Assembly: GCA_964106915.2 (NCBI GenBank)
Contig: OZ066917.1
DNA: 64,000 nucleotides
Origin: Podarcis gaigeae
Lineage: Eukaryota
Direction: 5' to 3' (one strand)
The notes below the pieces were generated by a model. It searched no databases. It saw nothing but the letters and a program-made list of their open reading frames with translations, and was not told where the DNA came from. Shown one piece after another: positions 1 through 11,281 of this stretch (positions are counted from its first letter, which is position 1; each line of letters opens with the position of its first letter). The position numbers and the translations under genes are program-made.

Positions 1-115
1 CTACAAACATGAGTCTGACCAAACTGCGGGAGGCAGTGGAAGACAGGAGTGCCTGGCATTCTCTGGTCCATGGGGTCATGAAGAGTCGGACACGACTAAA
101 CGACTAAACAACAAC
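1..115 (+). mobile_element. Bov-B (RTE) LINE 3' end
   Basis: ...gtccatggggtcatgaagagtcggacacgactaaacgactaaacaacaac tail. Confidence 0.9.
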
Positions 116-728
116 TTGCAAAATCATCAGTTTCATAAAGTAACAGTCTACCACAACATCTCTATTAGAAGCACACTCAAGGATTTACAGGGGTATACAT
201 TATCACATTTATTGTGGCCCTTTGGGCCACTGCCACAGTTTCTTAGTATTTTTTATGTTTTATTGCATTTTAATTTGTTTTATTGTTAGCCGTCCTGCGG
301 CATGACAGGGTAAACATACCTCAAAAAAGCAAGCAAACCCATATTAAATATATGAAATTATCAATGCTGTATGAAACTGCTAAACCACAGTTGTTCTCTG
401 GTCTGCTGTAGGCTGTATGAGGGAGCAAGAGGAAATACCTTTGCGTGTTCTTGCCAGCCATGTACTGCATAATATTTAGAAATTGACTTTAGAAATTGGT
501 TTTATTTAGTATCCACACTCCTATTCTACAACAAGCCAGACCTAGTCAAGGAGCCATGATAGATTCTGTTAGGCCTCAAGTCAAATAATTGTTTTACACC
601 AAAGGTGTTGTCATAAAACCATAGTCTACTTAGAGATCACTTCCTTGCGTTCTCCTTATGCTGTGTATATGACTATGCACTCTATCAAGGTGGGCTCTGT
701 AAATTCTTCCCACTCTCTTTGTGCCCCA

Positions 729-910
729 AGGGCACAAGGAGACGGGAACGACAGAGGACGAGATGGTTGGACAGTGTTCTCAAAGCTACCAGCATGAGTT
801 TGACCAAACTGTGGAAGGTAGTGGAAGACGGGAGTGCCTGGCGTGCTCTAGTCCATGGGGTCATGAAGAGTCGGACATGACTAAACGACTAAACAACAAC
901 AACAATAACA
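729..910 (+). mobile_element. Bov-B LINE 3' end, 5'-truncated
   Basis: acagaggacgagatggttggacagtg...gactaaacgactaaa(caa)n. Confidence 0.9.
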
Positions 911-2271
911 AAGCTTCATAAACTTGTGATTTCATGGGTTGCTGATTTCCTTCCTTCCTTCCAAACCTTTTGCTAGGGGGTGCCTCACAGCAGAGAAACT
1001 TCACAAAGGAAGGCCACTCTTAATTTCCCATTAACCCACCATGAAATATGGCTGGTCCCTTTCTAAGATGCTTTTATTTCAATCCACTTTTTTCATTAAT
1101 TGCTGTGTCGTACTGACATTTTTGCTGCTCATTTTAAAGGGGTGTAATGGTAGACTCACATAAATGATTTTATGGGAAATATGGCTATATTTATGTGTGG
1201 ACACCTGTCCTGAAAGGCAGGATATAAATCTTTTGAATAAGGCTGGCAGGGTGCTGGCCTTCTCTTGCCTCTTAAATACGCTATCTGCCCTGTGAAGTTG
1301 GAAGCTGTGAGAGAGGATACCACTGAAAAGGCTTCTCTAGATCATGGTGATATTTACCTCAGTATTGTGCATGAGAAGCCATTCAGCATGTAGCACTCAG
1401 ACCGAAAGAGTGTTCCTGAGCCGAGAAAAGACCTAATTAAAGGCAATTTAAACTACAAAATGCTAGTAAAAGCCATGGGAGTTGTGCTTGCTTTAAGGTC
1501 TGTGGAAGTGCCAAAATGAGAGATCACTTTGCCTGTTACTGATTTTTCAATAGTAATAAAAACACTAAATGCTAATGAGTGGCTGAAACAGGCAGCATCT
1601 GTTCAGCTGCCCTTCATAATTCTATAGCCCTAGGTTTGATTTACTCATCATTATTCATTATTGTTCTGTTTCATACACGCTTTCCAACAGAGAGGCACAA
1701 GGCTGTTATTAGGCAGAGAGAGATTTGTTGCAGATGCACATAAAAGGTCTGAAATTTCCTGTTTTGATATATATACAACAAGAGTCCAGACTCTCTCTCT
1801 CTCTTTTTTTGCATCCAAACATCATTTGATAGGGAAATACTACAATTTAGTCTCTTGTGTGCACACCTCTACTTCTAGGACATTAAATGTATAACATTCA
1901 GTCGAATAATAAATGAAACATGTTAAAATGAAGAAAAAATGTCATCAAAAGCAATTAAAACCAAACTTTTAAAAAAAACCAATTTCTAATAAAACATTTT
2001 GAATCTACTGCATAAGTTGGTCTTTCGGAACACTTATTCAAAAGCACCACGTTAGAATCTGTCATGCAAGAGCTGTATTTTAAATTCAGCCAATTTGTGT
2101 GCAAGGTGGGATTATCCGAAAAGCTTAAATGTAAATAATCTAACTTTAATTTTTGCAAATAATCTAATTTTGTTGCCACAAAAAGATACACACCTTCAAA
2201 ATGCACAGCTAATGCGTAATCTATTTAGGCTGCAATCTTATACCCATTAACCTGGGAGTAAGCTCCACTGA

Positions 2272-2517
2272 GTATCTACAGTAGTGTCCGCAATAGAGGA
2301 GGAATGACCACTGGGATGACAGTAGAGAGAAGAAACACTATGGTGCAACTGGGCACCTTCATCTGTCCCAGCTACAGGAAAGGATGTCTCTCCCATATTG
2401 GTCTCTACAGCCACAGCAAGCACTGCAACTCTCTTAACAGTTTTGATTCCTCCACTAAAAAAAAAAAAAAGGCACATTCCTCCATTGTCTCCTGAGACAG
2501 ATGGATGCCTACCAACC
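2272..2517 (+). mobile_element. RTE-clade LINE 3' fragment (non-Bov-B) inserted into a palindromic MITE (about 2227-2575)
   Basis: Degenerate C-terminal zinc-knuckle FICPSYRKGCLSHIGLYSHSKHC; 3' tail ccattgtctcctgagacagatggatgcc; 11-bp TSD agctccactga at 2261-2271 and 2518-2528. Confidence 0.7.
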
Positions 2518-2695
2518 AGCTCCACTGAACTCAATGAAACTTACTTCGAGTAGACATTTATAGGATTGTGCTGTCTATTGCTTGTGACATAGGTAGAACT
2601 AGTGTGTTGAACAGAAATATAGGTGTTCCTGAGAATTAGTCCCCTGTCATCGGAAACACTGAGGAGCAGGGTCCATCTATTTTCCCTGAATGGCC

Positions 2696-2875
2696 TAAGA
2701 ACACGAGAAGAGCCCTGCTAGATCAGATCAAAGGCCCATTGACCCCACCATCCTGCCAAGCAAATGCCTACAGCAGACCTTCAAGCGGGACCTACGTGTG
2801 ATAGCATTCTGCCCACTTGCATTTCCAGGTAACTGGTAGATACAGGCATCTCTGTCTGAGGGTTGCCTGTTCAGA
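2696..2875 (-). mobile_element. CR1-type LINE 3' end, degenerate
   Basis: taagaacacgagaagagccctgctagatcagatcaaaggccc resembles the reverse CR1 tail; related copy at 38084. Confidence 0.6.
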
Positions 2876-2893
2876 TTACAGTGAATGCAACAT

Positions 2894-3352
2894 TGCCAAC
2901 AAAGGCCGTATAGTGAAAGCTATGGTTTTCCCAGTAGTGATGTATGGAAGTGAGAGCTGGGCCATAAAGAAGGCAGATTGCCGAAGAATTGATGCTTTTT
3001 AATTATGGTACTGGAGGAGACTCTTGAGAGTCCCATGGACTGCAATAAGATCAAACGCATCCATTCTTAAGGAAATCAGCCCTGAGTGCTCACTGGAAGG
3101 ACAGATCCTGAAGCTGAGGCTCCAATACTTTGGCCACCTCATGAGAAGAGAAGACTTCCTGGAAAAGGCCCTGATGCTGGGAAAGATAGAGAAGGGGAAG
3201 ACAGAGGATGAGATGGTTGGACAGTGTTCTTGAAGCTACCAGCATGAGTTTGACCAAACTGCGGGAGGCAGTGGAAGACAGGAGTGCCTGGCGTGCTCTG
3301 GTCCATGGGATTATGAAGAGTCGGACACGACTAAACGACTAAACAACAACAA
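2894..3352 (+). mobile_element. Bov-B LINE 3' fragment
   Basis: Disrupted ORF pieces IVKAMVFPVVMYGSESW and RVPWTA...LKLRLQYFGHLMRREDFLEKALMLGKIE; (caa)n tail; possible TSD caacat at 2888-2893 and 3353-3358. Confidence 0.93.
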
Positions 3353-3550
3353 CAACATAGTGGTTAGGGTGAGACTAAAGGTGAGGGACCCAGGTTTAAA
3401 TCCCTTTCAACCATGAAGTTTGTCGAATAGCTATAGGCCAGTCACTATCTCTCTTGTCTAACAAACTTCACAGAGTTGTGGTGAAAAGAAGAGGGTAGAG
3501 CCATTATGAGTTCCTTGAAGGAACTGTGTGATACAGTGCAATGAATAAAC
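3353..3550 (+). mobile_element. tRNA-derived CORE/Squam3-like SINE, degenerate
   Basis: A-box-like tagtggttagg, B-box-like ggtttaaatccc, core ggccagtcact...cacagagttgtggtga. Confidence 0.55.
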
Positions 3551-4422
3551 AAATGAAGAATGCAAGCATAAAGGAAGAACCCACCAGATTTTAAAAGAAT
3601 GAGCAGAAATCCATTCTTATTTACATCAATGCAGGTTTCAGCAATTCCACTGAAGCCAATACAATTACTGACAGCTGAAAATCAGATTCATTATTTCAGC
3701 TATTTTTGCCTTCATTATATATAATTATTTTAATGGAATTTACTTCCGTGAAAGTGTGTTTAGGATTGTATCCCAAGGCATTCAGCTATATCTTCCTAAA
3801 ACAGATACTTTTAATGGACTGAGCACTCTACCTAAATCTCTTCAGAAAGCAATTAGTCAGTGCATCACTGAAAAGAGAAATGCTTGATCTGTTACTGAGT
3901 GAAGAGTGATATTGCCAGATGATAGATGCAGTAGTAGTAAGTGGAAATCCACTTAATTTGTTTGCCTCCATTTGTTTTCAGCTCTGCATTGTCAGAGATG
4001 TATTGCCTAGAGGTATGGTAGGCACCTATGGAAATGGTGTTGTGCTGGTTGGTTGAAACATAACTATTTGCAGGGACATTCCTGAGCACTGATTTTAGTA
4101 CTATGGTTTCACCCAGTTGGGATATCCTGGGATATGTTGGTCATATAGATATTTCCTCAGGCTGCATAAGAAACCAACCTCATTAGGTGTACTAAGGATA
4201 AAATCTGTGGGAAAGGCACATGTTGGTGAAGAATCCAAAGTGGATTGCTGCGTGGCATCCATAGTGTTGAAAGCAAGGAAGGCCTGCGATTAGGTCTTAG
4301 TAGCTCAACAAAGTAACATATTTTAAAAAAACAGTTAGCTTAATTCAAATGTATGTCAGCCCTTTTTCATTTTTAGCCTATACCACATTTAGGAAAATGC
4401 ATACCAGTAACCAGGTTTTATA

Positions 4423-4780
4423 GGGACGCGGGTGGCACTGTGGGTTAAACCACAGAGCCTAGGACTTGCCGATCAGAAGGTCAGCAGATTGAATCCCCGT
4501 GACAGGGTGAGCTCCTGTTGTTCGGTCCCTGCTCCTGCCAACCTAGCAGATCGAAAGCAGGTCAAAGCGCAAGTAGATAAATAGGTACCACTCTGGTGGG
4601 AAGGTAAATGGTGTTTCTGTGCGCTGCTCTGGTTCGCCAGAAGTGGCTTAGTCATGCTGGCCACATGACCCGGAAGCTGTACGTCAGCTCCCTTTGCCAA
4701 TAAAGTGAGATGAGCGCCACAACCTCAGAGTCATCTGCGACTGGACCTAATGGTCAGGGGTCCCTTTACCTTTACCTTTA
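4423..4780 (+). mobile_element. Sauria SINE, full length
   Basis: gggacgcgggtggcactgtgggttaaacc head, (ACCTTT)n tail, imperfect TSD taaccaggttt/taactaggttt. Confidence 0.95.
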
Positions 4781-5895
4781 ACTAGGTTTGAGTCATTCAC
4801 AGCAGAACTACCAGATACATAGAATTAGCTGGGACCCTTGAACACTTAATTGATAGGAAGATTGGCTTAATGAGTTTTCTTTTAGCTTTGAAACACGAGA
4901 TTTGTTATATATGCCATATTTGAAAGAGTGGCATTTATTCCATGAGATAAATTACAGAAAGGTTATTCTTACAGCCATAATAGGTTTTTATTTTATTTTT
5001 TAAGTGATGAATCCCACAGCGATATTATTATCTCATCTGGGAGAACTGGCAGACCATTTGACACCTTGACTGCCCCCAGAAGCGTTCTACGGATTGCTAT
5101 ATGAAATACTTCCTTTTTGTAGGTGCAGCCAAGCATGGTTGTCATCCGAGATCCTTAACCCTTATTCACCCCTACTTAACATGGACTAATTAGGATTATT
5201 CTTAAAACAAATCAGATTTATTACGTGAGTATTGCAGGTTTGGATAACATGGCAAAACGGTGTGGTTCACTGTTCTTACGACCCTGAGTTCTCTGGACAA
5301 ATACTCTCCATCTCCATCTGTTGTCAGCCACATACATTAATGCATGGGTGCTATTCTCTTGGATTCTAGGGCAGAATGTGCTACTTAATGGGCTGGAAAA
5401 TTCATGGTCTGAAGAAAAGCTATTGGCAATTAGCTGCAGACATTTTCATCAAGGGCATGTGGACAAGTGATGTCAAATACACCTTTCAAGAAGGAACATC
5501 AGTATTCCAGCTGGGTATTCTTGCCTTTGCCATCCAAAGCATAATTCTGTCACACCAGCCCCATAAATGCAAGTGATGCGTTGAGGCATATATTTGTAAG
5601 AGGAACTGTTTTTCCAAGTGCAGAAAAGTCTGCACTGTAGGAGGGCAACAGCTCTGTAGTACGTGTGGCACATGTGTGTTATGTATGTATGTCACCTTAG
5701 CTTCTAAAATTAATTAAAAACCCATCTTAAAATCAGCTAGCAAGAAGCAGTACAACAACAAAATATATAATTCCAGATCTGTGGATGGGATGGGACTATT
5801 GGTATCTATTTAAAGAAAGTGTTCATTAATAAACAGTTAAAAGTTTGTAAACTCAACTCTGTTAAAAAAAATTATATGTTTCTACACCAACAATA

Positions 5896-6262
5896 GGGAC
5901 GTGGGTGGCGCTGTGGGTAAAACCTCAGTGCCTAGGACTTGCCGATCATATGGTCGGCGGTTCGAATACCCGCGGCGGGGTGAGCTCCTGTCCTTCGGTC
6001 CCAGCTCCTGCCCACCTAGCAGTTCAAAAGCACCCCTAAGTGCAAGTAGATAAATAGGTACCGCTTTATAGCGGGAAGGTAAACAGCGTTTCCGTGTGCT
6101 GTGCTGGTGCTGGCTCGCCAGAGCAGCTTCGTCACGCTGGCCACGTGACCTGGCTGTGTCTTCGGACAGCGCTGGCCCCCGGCCTCTTAAGTGAGATGGG
6201 CGCACAACCCTAGAGTCGGACATGACTGGCCCGTATGGGCAGGGGTACCTTTACCTTTACCT
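5896..6262 (+). mobile_element. Sauria SINE, full length, different subfamily
   Basis: Same head and tail with a divergent middle; TSD tacaccaacaat at 5883-5894 and 6263-6274. Confidence 0.95.
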
Positions 6263-6673
6263 TACACCAACAATGCATAGACATGAAAATGCACATGGAT
6301 ATTTGTGCTTAGCAGCACTAAGCTAACAATTGATACTCCTCCGTTATTTACTTTTTCAGCAAGACCTGGGTTACATTTTTCTTTTATGATTTAGTTATAA
6401 AACTAGAAGAAGCAGAGAACACTCAGAGTCCATCACATGTGTGCAACAAAGAGGTTCCTCATGCGGTTTTTGTAAAATACGTAAGATACTTAGGTTGAAA
6501 CAGTGACCTATCCATAACTGAATGTCCACCTTTTCTGGTAATTTACCAGTTCAGTGTATCATTAAGTTAGGTCCCAGAGCCCTCTTTGTTGGATCAGTTT
6601 GGGCCCATGTGATAACCTGCAGAATAATACAATAATTGCACAATTTAAGGGTGGAAGAAGAAGCAATATAGAC

Positions 6674-6927
6674 CATGGGTAGGCAAACTAAGGCTTGGGG
6701 GCCGGTGCCGGCCCAGTCGCCTTCTAAATTCGGCCCGCGGATGGTCCGGGAATCAGTGTTTTTATACATGAGTGGAATGTGTGCTTTTATTTAAAATGCA
6801 TCTCTGGGTTATTTGTGGTGCATAGGAATTTGTTCATATCCCATCCCTCCCCAAAAATAGTCCGGCCTCCCACAAGGTCTGAGGGACAGTGGACCGGCCC
6901 CCTGCTGAAAGAGTTTGCTGACCCCTG
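6674..6927. mobile_element. hAT-type MITE
   Basis: Ends catgggtaggcaaac...gtttgctgacccctg; 8-bp TSD atatagac/atataggc; inverted homolog at 15418. Confidence 0.85.
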
Positions 6928-7064
6928 ATATAGGCCATAGCTGTGGATGTTTACTGTTTTGTATAGTTCTAAATGGATGACAAAATTTGAGAGTATATTA
7001 ATCATGCACAAATACTAAAAAAGAAAAGAAAAGCCATAGGACTGGCAGCCTAAAGTATACTGAC

Positions 7065-7349
7065 CTCTAGGTATACTACCCATGGCATCACCAAAGTGGC
7101 CACAAGCAGGTCTGCTACTGCCAGGCTCACCACAAGGTAGTTGGTGGTAGTTTGCAGGCTACGTTCCCTCAACACTGCCAGGCAGACTAGGACATTCCCA
7201 AAAACGATGGCCAAGATCAAGATGCAGTACCAGAGGGCGTAGTAGGCATGAGACTGTGGTGATCCAGGTTCTGTGGAGTTATCCTGCCAGTATGGGGCTG
7301 ATACTGTAGAACTGGGATTGCTAGTGATTCTGCTGAAGGGTGTCATCAT
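7065..7349 (-). CDS. DRD3: Dopamine receptor D3, first coding exon (N-terminus, TM1, TM2); remaining exons lie left of the window
   Basis: Translation [62 protein letters not shown] matches D3 rather than D2. Donor GAG|GTCAGT at 7065/7064 (phase 0, after YLE). Acceptor tctttctttttcag| with exon start at 7361, 12 nt before ATG. Synteny with ZBTB20. Confidence 0.96.
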
Positions 7350-9089
7350 GGGATGGAAGATCTGAAAAAGAAAGACACTGGATGAACATTGGTGTGGTGC
7401 ACCAAGAACAGAGAATCTGTTTATATTTTCATATCACTGGCCAAATTATGCCACTGAGTATGAGTGAAACCCTACAACAGTCATTCATTTGTAAGATTGC
7501 TCAATGCCAGTGAAATACAAATGATAGTTTGTTTAATAGTGCCAGGAAAAGCATTGGGGTGCTGTAGATGAAAGTTATGGTTCTGTACTCACTAGGTTCC
7601 AAAGTATTTTACTTTTTGAGTTCCTACTCTTCCTTTCTCTAACACCCACACAATACAAAGGAAATGGAAAAAGGGTGGCCACATTCAACACAACATTCCT
7701 GTGCAGATTGTATTTTCAGTGTGTCTTACCACCCCAGATGTACTTTTCACATACCAGCCACAAAGAAGCACAATCACCATCATACCCAAGTGATCATGTG
7801 AGAAATTGGGGAAGGTGAAAGCACACAGTAGATGAACCATTTTTGCTCCTTTCTACAAACTCTGAGGCCTGGAGCAAACAGTTGCTGGCAATGTTATAAC
7901 TGGCCATGGAATATTTGCTTAGGAAGTCCAGCAAGTTGCTCAGTGCCTACTGGAGATCAGTGCCCTGGGCAACTGTAGTATTTTTCATACAACTACCTTT
8001 CAATACCATGCAGTGGTATAATGTGAGGAACCTGACCTTCTTGAAAGAACCATGTGGAATTCACATTGAAAAATTAATCTGGGGGAATTAAGACTGATAT
8101 GGGTGATGTTATCACCTTTGCTTTAGCAAAAACTGTCACAGGTTCCTCATTAGCTGTTCATTCCCAACAATGATTTGCTGAGAAACCAGTCTCCTTTACT
8201 GGGCTGGGTCCCATAAAGTCAAACTTAGTTCCGGACTGAACTACAATTAAAATCGACTACTTGCTGCTTTTTCTTGAGGGAATTTAAATTTAAAGTTCTG
8301 ACAAAAATCTACTTGATTATTAGCATTCCTACACAGTGCTGAGTAGTTTCCAAGTAGAGAAAGAGGCACAGTTCCTGCACCATTGAACTTGCCTGATACA
8401 ATCCTAGTCCAAAGTGGAATACAGCAGGAGGTACACTGCAGGGTGTTCAAAGTCTCTCATTCCCAATCAACCTCTGATGGTTCTCTGAAACCTATTATGC
8501 TCCATTTAACTTTGATATGACTTTTCCAGAGGTACTGATGCTATTCTTAGTGACTCCGTCTCAAGACAATTCCACAAAATAGACTGCCTCTCTGGAACTT
8601 TGCATCAGAATTCCATAGAACTTTTATGATGAGCATCGGCTGAATTTGGGTCATTACATTGAGTCTCTTGTTATATCAGGCTATATAACACTAGTCCAGG
8701 GACCTACCTGCACTGTGCAGCATGCAACGTGCAGATTTGGCCATTCTTGTTACTTTTTGTGGTACTCCAGAAGGGTATCTGGTCTTTACTGCACCAGTGA
8801 TGATATCAGTGATGTACATGGAAGCCTTGGGGCATGTCTAGCATGACAATGTGGGACATGAGTTGGATCCATACAGAGCCCAATACAGAATACATGTGTC
8901 CCAGTAGAACCCATAGCCATTGCAAAATCCTGACTTTCTGAGTGTGTATGTAATTCAGCTGCAACTCCATTAGATTACTGCAATGCATTATAAGTGGGTC
9001 TGCCTTTAAAAGCAGTCTGGTAACTGCAGCTGGTGCAGAATTTGGTGGCCAGAGTGTAGATGGGAAGTAGAAGGTCTGCTCATATAATA

Positions 9090-9350
9090 TTAATCTTGGC
9101 CTGACTGCATTGGCTGCCAAGTCATTTCTGGGCTCAAGTCAAATTCCTGATTTTGACTTGTATAGCCTTAGTTGCCTCAGGGCACAAGTATCTTATGGAC
9201 TGCCTCTCTCTGCACAAACCTACCTGGCCCCAGAGTCTATCCTCTGATACCTTTCTTTGTGTTGGGCCTTCACAGTGGTGACTCCCTGACTGTGGAGTGC
9301 TCTCACTGGCACCATCATTATCACCTTTTAGGCACCAGGCAAAGATGTTA
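9090..9350 (+). mobile_element. L2 LINE fragment, old
   Basis: ctgcattggctgcca...tcaaattcctgattttgac resembles the L2 ORF2 LHWLP...FK region. Confidence 0.5.
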
Positions 9351-9644
9351 CTGTCAACCCACTATCAAGCAGATACTTTTCAGATATAGCAAGTTGAGCC
9401 TCTGCTTTTACTGTATGAGTAAGACTACTGTGGCAATGCTATTTGGCCTTTTTCTGGGCAATCTCAAGATACAAGCCAATGAATCCCTTTCTCACAATTT
9501 ATCCCTCCAGGGCATGAATGATACACATGGACTTCAGAGTGTGAAGGAAGCATAACCTGCTTGTGCCTGTCTAGTCCCTGTTCTGGGGATAATTAGAGGT
9601 AATTTGATATATTTCCTCTTGGCAACATAGAATATAATTGAACT

Positions 9645-10004
9645 AGAATCCTTTGTCCCAGCTGGTGAGGCACGTTTGACAACAATAAGAAATCAAACCT
9701 TTAGTGTCATAGGCCCGGTCCTGTGGAACACCCTTCCAATGGAAATTCAGTGGGCATCTTCTGTGCCAACTTTTAAACACCTGCTGAAAACTTTTCTATA
9801 CTGCCAGGGTTATGCAGGCAGTTAAGAGTACACCCCCCATAATGTTCTACTGATGCTTGCTTTTAATTTCTTTTTGTTTTTAACTTGCTTTTAACATTTT
9901 GTGATTTTATTGTTTGGTTTTATGTTTTTATACTGCTGTAACCTGCTGTGATATATTTTTATGATACAATGGTATATAAATATTTATTTATAAATAAATA
10001 AAAA
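9645..10004 (+). mobile_element. L2 LINE 3' end
   Basis: Translates TFSVIGPVLWNTLPMEIQWASSVPTFKHLLKTFLY (L2 ORF2 C-terminus), then a T-rich UTR and (taaa)n tail. Confidence 0.8.
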
Positions 10005-10311
10005 TACAGCTTATTTTTATATGATGTCCCCTGGGCAGAAGGCTTAAGGACAGGGTGCTGAGATAGTCTAGGCTAGGGATTGCCCATATGGACAATGAAG
10101 AAGAGCTTGACTAATGCATCCCTCAAAGCCAAGCCTTTTGCTTGATGAAGCTTAAGGAAGGCAGGACTTTTCTTTGGGGAGGTTAAAGAGATAAAGCAAC
10201 TCAGCGTGATGGTAGCAATGCTTGTGGTTTGGGGAAAAATCCTTCCTTAGAGAGAGAAAAATGTGGGCTGATTTGTGCAGGTTTATGGAGTTTATTTCAG
10301 GGATCATTTCT

Positions 10312-11281
10312 TTCTTTTTTAATGTATTTTTATTAAAGATTTTCTTGATTTACAAAGGTATGTGTAATGTCTCTCTCTCGTATTTTTTCCCCCATGTAAC
10401 TTTAAAAAAACAAAAAACAAATTGGTTTCATTTGTTGAGACATTAGGAAGAATAGGGGGAAAGAGGTGGAGGGGGGAAAGATGAGTGGGGGTGGGGTCGG
10501 GTGGTGATGTTTCTATTTTACTTAATATATGTGGTGTTTTGTGTCAGAGTTGCTTGTGCAGGTTCCCTGCTGTTCACTTGTGTTCCTTTGGTGGTGAGAG
10601 AGGTTGGGGTTGGCCCAGGATGTGGCTGTTCATTTGTGGTTGGCTGTGGTGGTCTTTGTTTTCATGTGTGAGTGGGGTGGGTGGGTGTTTTGGATCAGCT
10701 TGGCCATATTGATTTGTATGCCGTTGGTGGATTTTTGTCATTGTCTTGTTGGGCTTGTTGGCTGTTTGCAGTATGGTAGCACTGCAGAGAGCTTGCTGGG
10801 GAGACCAAGCATTAAAAAGAAAGGGACTCAAAAATAACTCAAACAAGGTTTTAATTACAAAAACAAAAACTCCTTATACACTAAATACATTAACAACAAA
10901 CCAGACCCAACCACCAACCCAACCCCCAGGGTAATGGGAGAGCTAGGTGCTGCTCCTTATATACGACACCCAAAAGCTGACACACCTTAATCAATGCAAC
11001 TCAGCAGCACCTGCTGTGTTTCACAGCTGTAAAGCTGGGTCTCATTATCTAGCTCTGGCCCTTGCTCTGGCCCCTTAAAGACATACACATCGGGTGGAAC
11101 AATGATGAACCTTTACATTTAAAGAAACCATTCAACAGGGCTGTGTGTGTGATAAAGGGGAGCCATACTGGGGTGAAGGCGTCTTCTCCTATTTGTCCCT
11201 GTGTTAGTTTCAGTTTATTGGTTAATTTTTCTAGTAAGGCTGTTTCCCATACTATTTGGTACATTGGTCCATGCTTATTCC
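10312..11281 (-). mobile_element. L1/Tx1-type LINE 3' fragment, interrupted by a solo LTR
   Basis: 16-bp TSD ttcagggatcatttct at 10296-10311 and 11282-11297; A-rich tail with AATAAA on minus. ORF2-like C-terminus YQIVWETALLEKLTNKLK...FTPVWLPFITHTA|QQDNDKNPPTAYKSIWPS* rejoins in frame across the insert. Confidence 0.85.
10756..11137 (-). mobile_element. Solo LTR (382 bp)
   Basis: TGTTG...CAACA termini; 5-bp TSD gggct at 10751-10755 and 11138-11142; minus-strand TATATAA at 10963-10957 and ATTAAA at 10855-10850. Confidence 0.85.

Noticed and set aside
1-7064. Searched for the next DRD3 exon (VTGGVW...CAISID)
   Set aside because: Not found; the intron extends beyond the window.
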